DNA of 64,000 nt from the NCBI RefSeq assembly GCF_030028105.1, contig NC_092374.1:174864057-174928056 (forward strand). Direction: 5' to 3'. The notes beneath the pieces were generated by a model. The model was not told where the DNA came from. It saw only the letters and a list, made by a program, of their open reading frames with translations, and made no database searches. Positions 1 to 11,660 of the stretch are shown piece after piece. The stretch comes from Mobula birostris (Eukaryota). Every line of letters begins with the position of its first letter. Position 1 is the first letter of the stretch. A program made the position numbers and the translations under genes.

Positions 1-71
1 CTTAGAACTGTCTTAGAAAGCTCCTGTAAACTTTTCCCCACTCACCATAAACCCACTCCCTATAGTATTTT

Positions 72-290
72 AAAAATGCAAACAACAGGAATTCTGCAGA
101 TGCTGGAAATTCAAGCAACACACATCAAAGTTGCTGGTGAACGCAGCAGGCCAGGCAGCATCTCTAGGAAGAGGTACAGTCGATGTTTCAGGCCAAGACC
201 CTTCGTCAGGACTAACTGAAGGAAGAGATAGTAAGAGATTTGAAAGTGGGAGGGGGAGGGGGAGGGGGAGATCCAAAATGATAGGATTTA
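72..290 (-). mobile_element. Penelope-like 3' terminal fragment with a mutated hammerhead
   Basis: Same terminus as the other copies; core reads CTGACGA..GAAACATC (G>A in helix III). Confidence 0.75.
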
Positions 291-299
291 CCATTTACC

Positions 300-1400
300 C
301 TCTAGTATTTGACATTTCCATCTAATTATCTATCCAATTTGTGTTTCTCATCATTCTATAAACCTTTCACGTCTCCTGTCAGCCCCTGATGCTCCAAGGA
401 AAAAAATCCAAGGTTGCCCAACTTCTCCTCAGAGCTGATTCCTTCTAATCCAGGCAGCATCCTGAAGAAGCTCTGCAGCCTCTCCCAAGCTTCCACATCC
501 TCCCTGCAATGTGATTTATCCAGAGTTTTCTACAACTGCAACATGATCTCCAGTCAATGCCCCAACCAATGGAAGCATGTCATATCAATGCCGGTCAAAA
601 TTAGATTTATTGTGAGTATGTACATGTCACCACATACAACCCTGAGATTGTCTTTAATGGAGAACAATCTGTGCACAACTATTCACGTCATGTACAGAGG
701 AGAGCTTTCTGACTGGTTGTATCGCTGTCTGGTATGGATTGCAAGTGCCTAGCTGACTGACAGCAGCGTCACAGGACAGTGAACAAGGTGTTTGGCCTTC
801 ATCAGTCAGGCCATTGAGTGTGGGGTTTGGAAGTACAGACTTTGGAGAGGCTACATTTGGACTATCACGGGCAGCTCTGGCCATCCTATCAAAAAGATAT
901 TACTAAACTGGAATAAGTGCAGGAAAGATTCACCAAATGTTGCCTGGATTACAACCGAGGTTTTACTTTATTCCATGGGTTATAGGAGGTCGAGGTAGAT
1001 AAGGTTACAAGGGGTAGAGGCACTGTGAGAGCCTGTACTGCTTTCCCCAGAAAGCTGATGTGAAATCTAGAGAGTGTAGGTTTAAGATCGGAAGCCAGAG
1101 ATCTTAGGATATCAGGGGAACTTCACACAAAGAGTGGTGTGGTTTTGGAGTGAACTGCCAGAATTGGTGGAGGGGGGGGCACATTATCAACATGTAAGAG
1201 CGTCTAGATAAGTACGTGGACAGGAAAATGTGGATAAATGGAATTAACAAGCGGGGCAGCACAGTTGGCATGGATGAGATAGACTAGGGGGCCTGTCTCC
1301 ATGCTGTATGTCTATGACATCTGAGGAGGGGGGGCATATTCTCCTCAGAAGGTAGCTGGCATCTGGGTGGAGGCAGATACCCTCAGCATTTGAATCACCA
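300..1400. mobile_element. Degenerate CR1 LINE 3' fragments (both orientations)
   Basis: Recognisable decayed similarity to the CR1 copies at 17-19 kb and 26-27 kb. Confidence 0.6.
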
Positions 1401-1599
1401 GGCAGAGAAGGCTAAAGGTCAATGTGGGTTAGAATTGATGGGGATCTGAAGTACCTGAAGGGGCAAAGGGCCTGTTTCTATACTGTGTAGCTTTATGAAT
1501 GTTTGATAAACAGTGGGTTCACATTTACTCCCCCCAATCCACAGCAAGTTCCAAAGCCCACAGGACGGACGATAATCAGTGTCCATTTGATCTCCTACC

Positions 1600-2095
1600 C
1601 TCTCTCCCTCTACCATCTGCCCCTCATCGCAATCATTCCCCTTTCCCAATTCCAGTCTTCCCTCCCATCTCCCCTTCCCACTCTTCTGTCCCTCCGTCTC
1701 CCCTTCTCACTCCTCCCTGTCCGTCCCACCTTCCCTTCTCACTCCTCCCAGTCCCTCCCATCTTCCCTTCTCACTCCTCCCTATCCCTCCCTCCCTTTCT
1801 CACTCCTCCGTCCCTCCGTCTCCCCTTCTCACTCCTCCCTGTCCCTCCGTCTCCCCTTCTCACTCCTCCCTGTCCCTCCCTCTCCCCTCCTCACTCCTCC
1901 GTCCCTCCGTCTCCCCTTCTCACTCCTCCCTATCCCTCCCTCCGTCTCCCCTTCTCACTCCTCCCTGTCCCTCCGTCTCCCCTTCTCACTCCTCCCTGTC
2001 CTTCCCTCTCCCCTCACTCCTCCGTCCCTCCGTCTCCCCTTCTCACTCCTCCCTGTCCTTCCCTCTCCCCATTCCCCCTTCATCCTCTCCCTCCT
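1600..2095. repeat. Pyrimidine-rich tandem repeat (ctccccttctcactcctccctgtccctccgt-like)
   Basis: Direct inspection. Confidence 0.9.
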
Positions 2096-2254
2096 TAACA
2101 CTTTCACTCCATTCTGCTGCATCTCCTCCCCCCCCCGCCTATTTCCCCTCTGTCACCCCTCCCCCCCCACACACAGACCGGGAATCTGGGACACACCACT
2201 CCAGCCTGGTCGGGAATTCGGGAATTGTCAGGTTAATTTACCGCCGCAACTCAC

Positions 2255-2376
2255 CTTCAACCCCAAAGCTGCAGCAGGGCACTGCCGGAACCCCGGGAAT
2301 GTCCAATGAGAGTAGAGCTCAGTGCTGAGTCATCAGTTACTGGGCAGAGTGCGGCTGCGGAGGTTGGTTTCTCACT
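2255..2376 (-). promoter_or_regulatory. Minus-strand X1-X2-Y promoter module and short non-coding first exon
   Basis: Minus strand reads CCCAGTAACTGATG-ACTCA-N15-CTCATTGG (2344 to 2303); AAG|GTGAGT donor after 2255; IRF-like GTGAGAAACC upstream; CpG-rich context. Confidence 0.7.
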
Positions 2377-2407
2377 CTGACGCGCTGCTGCTGCCCCCTA
2401 AAGGCCG

Positions 2408-2708
2408 CAGTAACAACGTCCCGTGTCCCGCACCGGTCAGCGGAGATCCGCCGTCACGACGTCCCGTGTCCCGGACCGGTCAGCGGGGATCCGCAGTGAC
2501 GACATCCCGTGTCCCGTACCGGTCAGCGGGGATCCGCAGTAACGACGTCCCGTGTCCCGTACCGGTCAGCGGAGATCCGCAGTAACGACGTCCCGTGTCC
2601 CGCACCGGTCAGCGGGGATCCGCAGTAACGACGCCCCGTGTCCCGTACCGGTCAGCGGAGATCCGCAGTAACGACGTCCCGTGTCCCGTACCGGTCAGCG
2701 GAGATCAG
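2408..2708. repeat. 43-bp CpG-rich VNTR, about 7 units
   Basis: Unit cagtaacgacgtcccgtgtcccgtaccggtcagcggggatccg starts at 2408, 2451, 2494, 2537, 2580, 2623, 2666. Confidence 0.95.
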
Positions 2709-2879
2709 GAGTAACGAGGGCAGCGCTCCGTCATCGAAAGGACAGAGGAGGTGTCCTGTGACAGTGAAGGAGCAGGGAGATTGCTCTGTAACAATTAACA
2801 GGACAGAGCCATGTCCTGTGTCAGCGAAGGGACAGACTATGTTCAAAGTTCTATTGTCATCTGACTGACAAAACAACCT

Positions 2880-3740
2880 TCTCCTGGACCACGGTGCAAC
2901 CCAGAAAGCATAAAAATATTATCATAAATAAATGAATAAAGTACAGTTCAGGAGGAGGATATCAGAAGTCCATGAGCCAGTCCTCATCGGAGATCAGAGG
3001 TGGAGAGGGTCAGCAACTTTAAATTCCTCGGATATTATTTCAGAGGACCCGCCCTGGGCCCAGCATGGAAGTACAACATGAAGAGAGCATGGCAGTGCCT
3101 TCTACTTCCTGAGAAGTTCGTGAAGATTTGGCAAAACTTCTATAGATTTGCGGTGGAGTATATTGACTGGTGATATGGAAACACCAATGCCTTTGAACAG
3201 AAAATCCTACAAAACATAATGGATACTGCCCAGTCCATCACGGGTAAAACCCTCCCCACCATTGAGCACATCTATATGAAATGTTGTTGCAGGAAACCAG
3301 CATCCATTATCAGGGACCCCCTCCCCCCAGTCACTTAGGTCATGCTCTCTTCTCACTGCTGCCATCAGGAAGGTGGTACGGGAGCATCAGGTTCAGGAAC
3401 AGTTATTACCTTCAACCATCAGGCTCTTGAAGCAAAGGGGATAACTCCACTCTTCTTCTCTTGCCCCATCATTGACATGTTCCCCCTAACTAATGAACTC
3501 ACTTTCAAGAACTCTTTATCTCATGTTCTTAATATTTATTGCTAATTTATTTTTTGTTATGATTTCTTTTTCTGAATTTGCCCTGTTTGTTGTCTTTTGC
3601 ACGCTGGTTGTATGTCTGAGTTGGTGCAGTCTTTCATTCATTCTATATGGTTGCTATTCTATTATGGATTTATTGAGTATGCCCACAAGAAAATGAATCT
3701 CGGGGCTGTCTATGGTAACATATATGTACTTTGATAATAA
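2880..3740 (+). mobile_element. Rex1/Babar- or L2-type LINE 3' remnant
   Basis: gtggagagggtcagcaactttaaattcctcgg...ctgctgccatcaggaagg..caggaacagttattacc; related tails recur at about 6 kb and 53.4 kb. Confidence 0.6.
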
Positions 3741-3961
3741 ATTTACTTTGGACTTCCTAAAACACATGTAGTGCAGAGCATAGATAACAGTAAACAGCAA
3801 ACAGCTCGTTCTCCTAGTGACAAGAGTCTCTCCAAGATGACGCCACTGAACAGCACAGCTAATGGTGATGTCCTGCAGACAGTTCACGAAACAACTCCTT
3901 TGTCTTTCATAAAAGTTGCTGGTGAACGCAGCAGGCCAGGCAGCATCTCTAGGAAGAGGTA

Positions 3962-3999
3962 CAGTCAACGTTTCGGGCGGAGACCCTTCGTCAGGACTA
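3962..3999 (-). ncRNA. Minimal type I hammerhead ribozyme motif (GUU triplet)
   Basis: TAGTC CTGACGA A GGG tctccg CCC GAAA C GTT GACTG. Confidence 0.7.
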
Positions 4000-4554
4000 A
4001 CTGAAGGAAGAGTGAGTAAGGGATTTGAAAGTTGGAGGAGGAGGGGGAGATCCAAAATGATAGGAGAAGACAGGAGGGGGACGGATGGAGCCAAGAGCTG
4101 AACAGGTGATTGGCAAAAGGGATATGAGAGAATCATGGGACAGGAGGTCCGGGGAGAAAGACAAGGCGGGGGGAAGCCCAGAGGATGGGCAAGGGGTATA
4201 GTGAGAAGGACAGAGGGAGAAAAAGAAGAGAGAGAAAAAATATGTAATAATAAAAGATAAATAAATAACGGATGGAGTACGAAGGGGAGGTGGGGCATTA
4301 ACGGAAGTTAGAACCCATCCGTTATTTTCTCCCTCTGTCGTTCTCATTACACTCCTTGCCCATTCTCTGGGCCTCCTCCCTCCCCCTTTCTTTCTCCCTA
4401 GGCCTCCCGTCTGTCCCATGATCCTCTCATATCCCTTTTGCCAATCAACTTTCCAGCTCTTGGCTCCATCCCTCCCCCTCCTGTCTTCTCCTGTCATTTT
4501 GGATCTCCTCCTCCCCCTCCCACTTTCAAATCTCTTACTCACTCTTCCTTCAGT

Positions 4555-4592
4555 TAGTCCTGACGAAGGGTCTCGGCCTGAAACGTCGACTG
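4555..4592 (+). ncRNA. Minimal type I hammerhead ribozyme motif
   Basis: TAGTC CTGACGA AGG gtctcgg CCT GAAA C GTC GACTG; helix I UAGUC/GACUG, palindromic ACGU helix III. Confidence 0.8.
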
Positions 4593-5849
4593 CACCTCTT
4601 CCTACAGATGCTGCCTGGCCTGCTGCGTTCACCAGCAACTTTTATGTGTGTTGCTCGAAATTCCAGCACCTGCAGATTTCCTCATGTTTTCCTTTGTCTC
4701 TCAGTTGTCTTTGTGATTCTACTACAAAGCTGTGTGCGATTGGAACCTGTAGCTTACATTATGGTGGTGTGTTTATTGTCTGATTGAGTGATCTGGCACT
4801 TTGCTGTCTCCAAAAGAGTTCAGTTTGATTTGGAGCAGCCTGGCAGCCTGGATTCAGGGCGTGAGCTCGTGATCGAATCTATTGCTTCTCTCTGATTGAG
4901 GCATCGAGCAAGGTTGAAGTCGACGAAGATGAGAGTGGAGGTCAGGCAGGTGTTCAGCACCACCTGCCTGCATTTCACCCACCTTCCTCTCCCTCTTGCC
5001 ACGTGCTGTGGGAGGAAAGCGCAGGAGTTTTGGGCTCCCAGTTCAAGGAGGCTCGTGGCTGAGAGATCATTTTTGGAGACTTTGAGGTTCATGTTGCTTG
5101 TATTTCTGGATTCTGACTACTCCATATTTTTTTTTGGCTGATTTTGAGTGGTTTTGGGCAGACTGGGGTGTTTTGACAAAGACTGACTCTGCAGCCTGTA
5201 GTCAGTTAGTTGTGCTGAACTGAACGAAGCTGAATTCACCTGGTCTGGTCTTGGATTGATGTTGATATTCTATGTGTTGTTCACTCGCTTTTTCTTGTTT
5301 GTACAATTCGTTCTTTTTTTCGCAGGTTGGGTGTTTGATGTTTCCTTTGAACAGGTTCCATGATGTTTCTTGTTTCGTGGCTGTCTGCAGGAGGACGTAT
5401 CTTTGAGTTGTGTTCTGTATACTTTAAAAAGAGAAAAATGTATCAAAGAAAGGTTTATTTAATTATACTGTTCTCCTCTAAGCCAGTGGGGGTCAGAAAG
5501 GACCAAATTCATCCACATTGAGTTGCAAACTTTGCCCTTCCCCTATTTCTTCCTCCCATCCCCTACCTTGTCCTCTTCCTCTGCACTCGTCTGTTAATTG
5601 TAAATCTGTCTATTATTGTCACATTTAGCAAAGTACAGTGGAAATCCTGTCTTACATGCAGTTTATAAATATTAATTCATTACAACAGTGCACTGGGGTA
5701 GTAGGAGGTAAAACAACAAGAGTGCAGAATAAAGTGTTACAACAGGGCAGTGAAAGCAGACAACAGAGTTCAGGGTCATAAGGAGGTAGATTGTGAGGTC
5801 GACAGTCCCCCTGTCGTACCAGGGGGACGGTCAATTGTCTAAAACAGTG

Positions 5850-7160
5850 ACACAGTCGCTGTTGTTCTGCCTGCTGGAAGAGCAGATTTTCAGGCGTTTA
5901 TATCTCCTGTCCGATGGGAGGGGGAGAAGGGAAAATGTCCTCGGTGCGTGAGGTCTTTGATTATGCTGACTGCTTTACCGAGGCAGTGAGAAGTGTAGAC
6001 TGAGTCCGTAGAGTGGAGAATAGTTTCCCTGATGTGCTGAGCTGTGTCCACAACTGTCTGTAGTTTCATGCGGTCATGGGCTGAACAGTAGCCATACCAA
6101 GCAGTGATAAGATGGCGGGAGCTCAGACAAAGCAACTTCTACGGGGCCAACATGCAAAGGTGTTATTGTCTTTTTTCAACATATTTTCTACAATCACAGG
6201 ACTCTTCTGGACATTAAATACTTAGAGTACTGCAGATCTGCCCCATCAGTGAGGTGGTTGTTGGTGGAGAAACTGACGGAGTTGGATTTGGTGCAGATTG
6301 TGTTGCTGTCTGCATCAGATAGACATCGGAGTGGGTGCACGAAGGATGTGTGTATTCTAACAGCGAGTGTTCATCCTAGTCATTTTTCTTGTGATCACAA
6401 GACCCTGTTGGACATTGTTAATGTGGAATGTTGCAAATCCAATTCACTGGTTTTTTTCTCAAGCAGCAGGAGCGGATGGCAGAGCAGCTGTCCGCCCTCG
6501 GTTGTAGTTGGGACTGGGCCTCAAGCTGAGGTGTCAACTTCTTGCAGCTGCCCAGCAGAGAGACGTCGGAGCCGGTACATTCCACCAGAGTGCTGGGGGT
6601 GTGGGGGGGGGTATGGTGTGATGAATGGTGTGAAGTTAGTGCTTTCCTCTTGTGTTCGCTTGGCAGAAAGGGAGCTATATGATCTTCAACTGCAGATTGC
6701 TGCAACAGTCATGGACTCCTTTCCATGGTGCAGCACAAGAAGTTGGTGAGGGTCAAAGGGGACCTGCCAAACCTCCTTATCCTTTCAGGGAAGTAGAGGC
6801 ATTGGTGACTGAAGTGGCCATGACCATGAAAGGCTGTTGGTGATGTTCAGTTCTACAAACCTTGCGGATTTCAACCCTCCCAACCTCAGCACCATTGACA
6901 CAGACAGGACTGTATGCACTGACTTGCTTTCTAACGGCCATGACCAGCTCCTGCTTTACAGATGAAGCAGCCTGTTTGAAGACAGGGGGTGAGGAAGAAG
7001 AGGACATAATCTTGGATACTGGGGCTGCAGCCTTGGATCAGGGAACAGTCAGAGTCCCCGCACTGTACGTGTGGGCTGGCAAAGTCAGTATCCAGTGGAG
7101 GACCATGTCTGAACTGGGAGGGTTTAAAACAGGTGTGATTGATCCTTTCAGCTGATGGGC
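5850..7160 (-). mobile_element. Degenerate Rex1/Babar-like LINE fragments
   Basis: Decayed RT C-terminal and 3' sequence resembling 2880-3740 and 13170-13680. Confidence 0.55.
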
Positions 7161-7559
7161 CAGGTAGATGAGAAATAGTCCTCGTGGGGGCTTCCAGTGG
7201 AGATGGACTAACCTCCAAGTAGAGTGGTTGAGGAGGTGATGAGGGAGTTGAGGGACCTTCTAACTGGCAGGCAGTGGTGAGTTCCATCTCTCCCGTTTAC
7301 CAGACCATCTTTTCCCCATTATGGTGTTCGGTTGGACAGAGCACAAATCTCTGAGCTTCCTGGTCATTGTAACCAGGTGGAGAGGGGTGGGGATGGAGGG
7401 AGAGAGGGTGGGTGAAACAGTGACAGATCAAGTAATACCTTCCTTTAATAATGTCAGAGAGTGACCAGTGACTCACTGTGGACTACTGAGAATGTTGGTG
7501 CGGAGTGGCATTGAAAAAGAGAACAAGAAGTGTCGTGTTCAGAAAGTGTAAAGTGGTTC

Positions 7560-7987
7560 CTCTCTCTCTCTCTCTCTCTCTCTGTGTCCCTCCACCTATT
7601 TTTCTCCCCAGCTCTTCGTGTCTCTCTCCCCCACTCAGTTATTTCTCTTTCTCTCCGTCAGTCCCTATGTGTGTAGACACCCCCTTAGTTTCACTGTCTC
7701 TCTCCCTCCCCATGTCCATCTCTCTGTTTCCCTGGCCCCGAATTAATTTCTTTCTCTGTCTCTGTTCATCTCTCTCCCACTCTCTCCATCATTCCCTCTT
7801 TCTCTGTCTCTCCCACATTCCCCATCACTGTCTGTCTCATTGTATCTCTCTCTCTGCCTTTTTCTGTTTTAACTCCTGCTCTTTAATCTCTATCTATCTC
7901 TTTCTCCATGCCTATTAATGTCTTTCATTGTGTCTGTCTCCCTCTTTCTCTGTCCATCTCTCTACCACTTTACCTCTTTCTGTCCTT
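7560..7987. repeat. CT-rich low-complexity sequence running into the gap
   Basis: Direct inspection. Confidence 0.85.
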
Positions 7988-8630
7988 NNNNNNNNNNNNN
8001 NNNNNNNNNNNNNNNNNNNNNNNNNNNNNNNNNNNNNNNNNNNNNNNNNNNNNNNNNNNNNNNNNNNNNNNNNNNNNNNNNNNNNNNNNNNNNNNNNNNN
8101 NNNNNNNNNNNNNNNNNNNNNNNNNNNNNNNNNNNNNNNNNNNNNNNNNNNNNNNNNNNNNNNNNNNNNNNNNNNNNNNNNNNNNNNNNNNNNNNNNNNN
8201 NNNNNNNNNNNNNNNNNNNNNNNNNNNNNNNNNNNNNNNNNNNNNNNNNNNNNNNNNNNNNNNNNNNNNNNNNNNNNNNNNNNNNNNNNNNNNNNNNNNN
8301 NNNNNNNNNNNNNNNNNNNNNNNNNNNNNNNNNNNNNNNNNNNNNNNNNNNNNNNNNNNNNNNNNNNNNNNNNNNNNNNNNNNNNNNNNNNNNNNNNNNN
8401 NNNNNNNNNNNNNNNNNNNNNNNNNNNNNNNNNNNNNNNNNNNNNNNNNNNNNNNNNNNNNNNNNNNNNNNNNNNNNNNNNNNNNNNNNNNNNNNNNNNN
8501 NNNNNNNNNNNNNNNNNNNNNNNNNNNNNNNNNNNNNNNNNNNNNNNNNNNNNNNNNNNNNNNNNNNNNNNNNNNNNNNNNNNNNNNNNNNNNNNNNNNN
8601 NNNNNNNNNNNNNNNNNNNNNNNNNNNNNN
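7988..8630. other. Assembly gap (643 N)
   Basis: Run of N. Confidence 1.
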
Positions 8631-8667
8631 TTCGGCTGACCACTGTCACAGTGATCCCAGACTATAT

Positions 8668-8855
8668 CTCATTGGTCAGTGTCATCTGCCAGCCCCACCC
8701 CTGGGAAACTCCCTGTGACTGAGCGAGAGGCTGAGTCATGCCCTCTGACATGGAAAAGCAAAGCTGGAACTGGAATCTGAAACAGACAGCCCTGGTGAGG
8801 TAGATCACTGCAGAGAGTGAGGGAGAGTCAAACTTCATGACCCAGAACATGGGGT
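8668..8855 (+). promoter_or_regulatory. Candidate immune-responsive promoter/first exon
   Basis: CTCATTGG 8668-75, GGGAAACTCC (kB consensus) 8703-12, TGAGTCA 8732-38, ATG ACC CAG AAC ATG GG|GTGAGA 8837-55. Confidence 0.4.
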
Positions 8856-9345
8856 GAGAGGGTCTGGACGAAGCTCAGTGTGAGGGTGAAGACAGGAGAG
8901 ACGGCTGAAACTGGAACCTGGACTGAAAAGCCATCACTGGAACAACACGGTGGGTTGTTCAGCATCTGTCTCAGTTATTGTCTCAGGTGGGGCACTGCAT
9001 CAGATACCATACAGTGTCTTGTCCCAAAGCACCCACATACATCTTTTGGATCCGTAGAGACTGCCTGACCACTGAGGTTTCCAGCGTTCCGATCATAAAA
9101 TAAAGTTTTATCTTATCTTGCTACAGTTTAACAACACTGAGACCACTTCAGTCTAAAATTAACTTTTTATGTTTTTTCCTGTAGAAGTTGTATGTAATTC
9201 ATGTTTATGATCTTCTTGTGAATGTTGCTTACCTGATACTTTGTGTCTGTGCAAGTAAGCTTGTTATTTTACCTGTGCTTACACATACTTGTGTATGTGA
9301 CAATATGCCTGACCTTGACCTTGCTTTTTGTGTCATAGGTCACAT

Positions 9346-9797
9346 TTCTCCGTGGATCGTCACCTTGTCGTGGTGGAGAAGCTTGTGTGGTCCTGAGATC
9401 CTGAGAGCGATGCCGTCTGGAGCTATGCTCCTGGTAGGGTCACCCATGGCGGTAAGGTCGAGGGTGAGGTCCCTGACAAAGTACAATCCAACCAAGAACT
9501 CAACGGTGGAACGAGGGAAGAAGTTACTTCGAAATCAACGGCTGTGAAGGCGGATGAAGGCTGCAACAAATCCATCAGCTCCGATCGTCGTGGTTTCCAT
9601 GCCATTGGAATCAGTTACTTTATACTTTATACTTTACATACATGAATCAGTTGGTTGATTTGTGAAGTATCGTGTACTTCTTGGAGTGCAACGTCAAGTA
9701 CACGTTAAACAAATACACGCACAGGCGTCTTCGCTCTGTGGGCCACTTCTTCAGAACGAAGACCAGCATCCTCGACCTCGAGGGATAGCCTCGACGA
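9346..9797 (+). mobile_element. 452-bp non-autonomous RTE-derived element with 12-bp TSD
   Basis: CATAGGTCACAT at 9334-45 and 9798-9809; 5' part CCTTGTCGTGG...AGGGTCACCCA...CTGACAAA resembles RTE (Bov-B/Rex3-type) 5' ends as I recall them; ends in cgacga. Confidence 0.7.
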
Positions 9798-10029
9798 CAT
9801 AGGTCACATGGCTGTAGGGTTAAAGTGCAGAGGTATTGACCTCGTAGACTGAGCCTCCTTACCTCAGAAAGTATGTACTGGCAGACATCCCACCCTGCAA
9901 AAACTCATTTCAATCACCACCATTTCAGGGAGGTAGCACCCCTGCCCCCCGCAACCCCATATCCACACCACCCCCCCATCGACCTCCAAGGATGTACGTA
10001 ATACTTTGTTTAGTGATTTTGTCTAATCT

Positions 10030-10780
10030 GTAAACCAAGCTGGGTATATGCAGAATATGTGACATTAAAATATGTACTTATATTATATTATACTATCATG
10101 TTTATTCTATTACAACTTTGAGCAAGTCTACAGGGAGTTTGGCCTCATCACGTAGGACATCACGTAGCTCCTTAGCAGCCAGCCAGCTAGTTTAAATAAC
10201 GTTAAATATGCTGTAATGACACCTGTTAAACTCACCTTAACATGCCTTTTACATTTTAATCCACCATGGGCAATAGAAAAGTAACGGTTGCAAACAGTGC
10301 AGCGAGCAAGACTGTCATTATTTTCGAGGTCGACTGTAAAGCCCGCCCACAGAGAAAACTGATAGGTCTACTTAGCAACGAGACGGTCCCATCGAGGGGT
10401 GAAGGGAGACAGCGATACTCGAAGGGGGTTCCTTATGTCCAGTCTATTCCACAATTTAGTTTTCGTTGCATTCATTGCAGAGATATGTTGGAAATGGAAG
10501 CAACATTTTCAGTGCTTTCCTGACTATCTCGGAATATTTAACCTTGACTTTGATACAGAATGCCAACAGAGATGTTACGTCAAACATACTTTTCATCCCA
10601 CCGTCGTTTGCAAGCTCGAGGAGTTGATCTTCTTCCTGCACTGACATAGATGACGCGCGGGTAATGACCTCGTGTACGTTCAAGTTCAACAGCGCGTGAC
10701 AGGGAATGAGGAAAGGTGCCGCTGACTCATACCGCCAAATCACATCGTTTCCTCGCGGCCCGCTGCTTGGGGACCACTCT
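10030..10780 (-). mobile_element. hAT (Charlie/Buster-type) deletion derivative
   Basis: EEDQLLELANDGGMKSMFD...LLPFPTYLC hAT C-terminal remnant; degenerate terminal ttggggacc. Confidence 0.75.
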
Positions 10781-11199
10781 TAGCATGAAGAGAGACCAAT
10801 CAGGATGCTTGCTCTCGCTCTCCCTCTCCCGCTCAAAAAAATCTATTTCCGGGATATTGTATATAATTTCTGGGCATCAGGGAGCCACTATTGATATGCA
10901 GGAGACTCCCAACCTTCCGGGAGAGGTGGTTTGTCTGTACTGGACACAGAAGGAGTTCAGCAGAGTTTCAGGAGGCTGCTCCCAGAGACAGCGGGTTTGC
11001 TGAATGAGGAAAGATCGAGCTGACTCGGGCTGTATTCTCTGGACCATGAGCAGAGATCTCCGGAAGAAAGTTCCAGCAGGGTTCAACTGGCTGGATGCAG
11101 GGAGGAGATTCTCATGGATGAGTGGTCTAGATCGGGCGGCAGTCACAATAAGAATTGGGCTGGGCTGGGCTGGAGGAGAGAAACTTCCATACTGAGAAG

Positions 11200-11660
11200 G
11201 TGATGGATGTTTGGAAGTCTGGTCTGTATTCCAGGCCACAGCTCTGCATCCTCAGGCCTGGAATACAGACCAGGAATGGATCCAGTGTCAGAGAACAGGG
11301 AGAGGCCACAGCTCTGTGTCCCAATGCCTGGAATACAAACCAGGAATGGATCCAGTGTGATGAGGTAAAAGTGACAGTCCAAAGCTCTGTGTCCCCAGAC
11401 CTAGAATGCAGACCAGGAATGGGTCCAGGCTCAGCGAACCATGATAGTCCACAGCTCTGTGTCCACAGGCCTGGAAGACAGATCGGTGATAGATCTGGTG
11501 TCAGGGAACAGTGACAGGCCACAGCTCTGTGTCCACAGACCTGGAATGCATGACCAGGAATGGATCCAGGCTGACATAACAGGGAGAGGCCACAGCTCTG
11601 TGTCCCCAGACCTGGAAAACAAACCAGAAATGGGTCCGGTGTTGGGGAACAGTGACTGTC
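11200..11660. repeat. About 70-bp minisatellite (ccacagctctgtgtcccc...ggaatggatccag), about 6 units
   Basis: The core recurs at roughly 70-nt spacing. Confidence 0.85.

Larger units (their letters stand above)
3910..4689. mobile_element. ORF-less inverted pair of Penelope 3' termini, single insertion with TSD
   Basis: Minus arm about 3910-4312, plus arm about 4313-4689; flanks TCCTTTGTCT(T/C)TCA at 3896-3909 and 4690-4703. Confidence 0.8.

Noticed and set aside
1499-2309. Pro/Ser/Leu-rich ORFs (also 33.9-34.5 and 47.9-49.2 kb)
   Set aside because: Low-complexity pyrimidine or G-rich repeats that lack stops by composition.
2408-2708. CRISPR-like regular repeats (also 28.7-32.1 kb and 43-45.6 kb)
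   Set aside because: The units are contiguous with no unique spacers, there are no cas genes, and the context is eukaryotic. They are minisatellites.
8634-8675. A third X-Y module
   Set aside because: A Y box is present, but the sequence at the required X1 distance does not match the consensus.
7908-8722. Four long ORFs of 243-266 aa
   Set aside because: Artefacts of translating the N gap.
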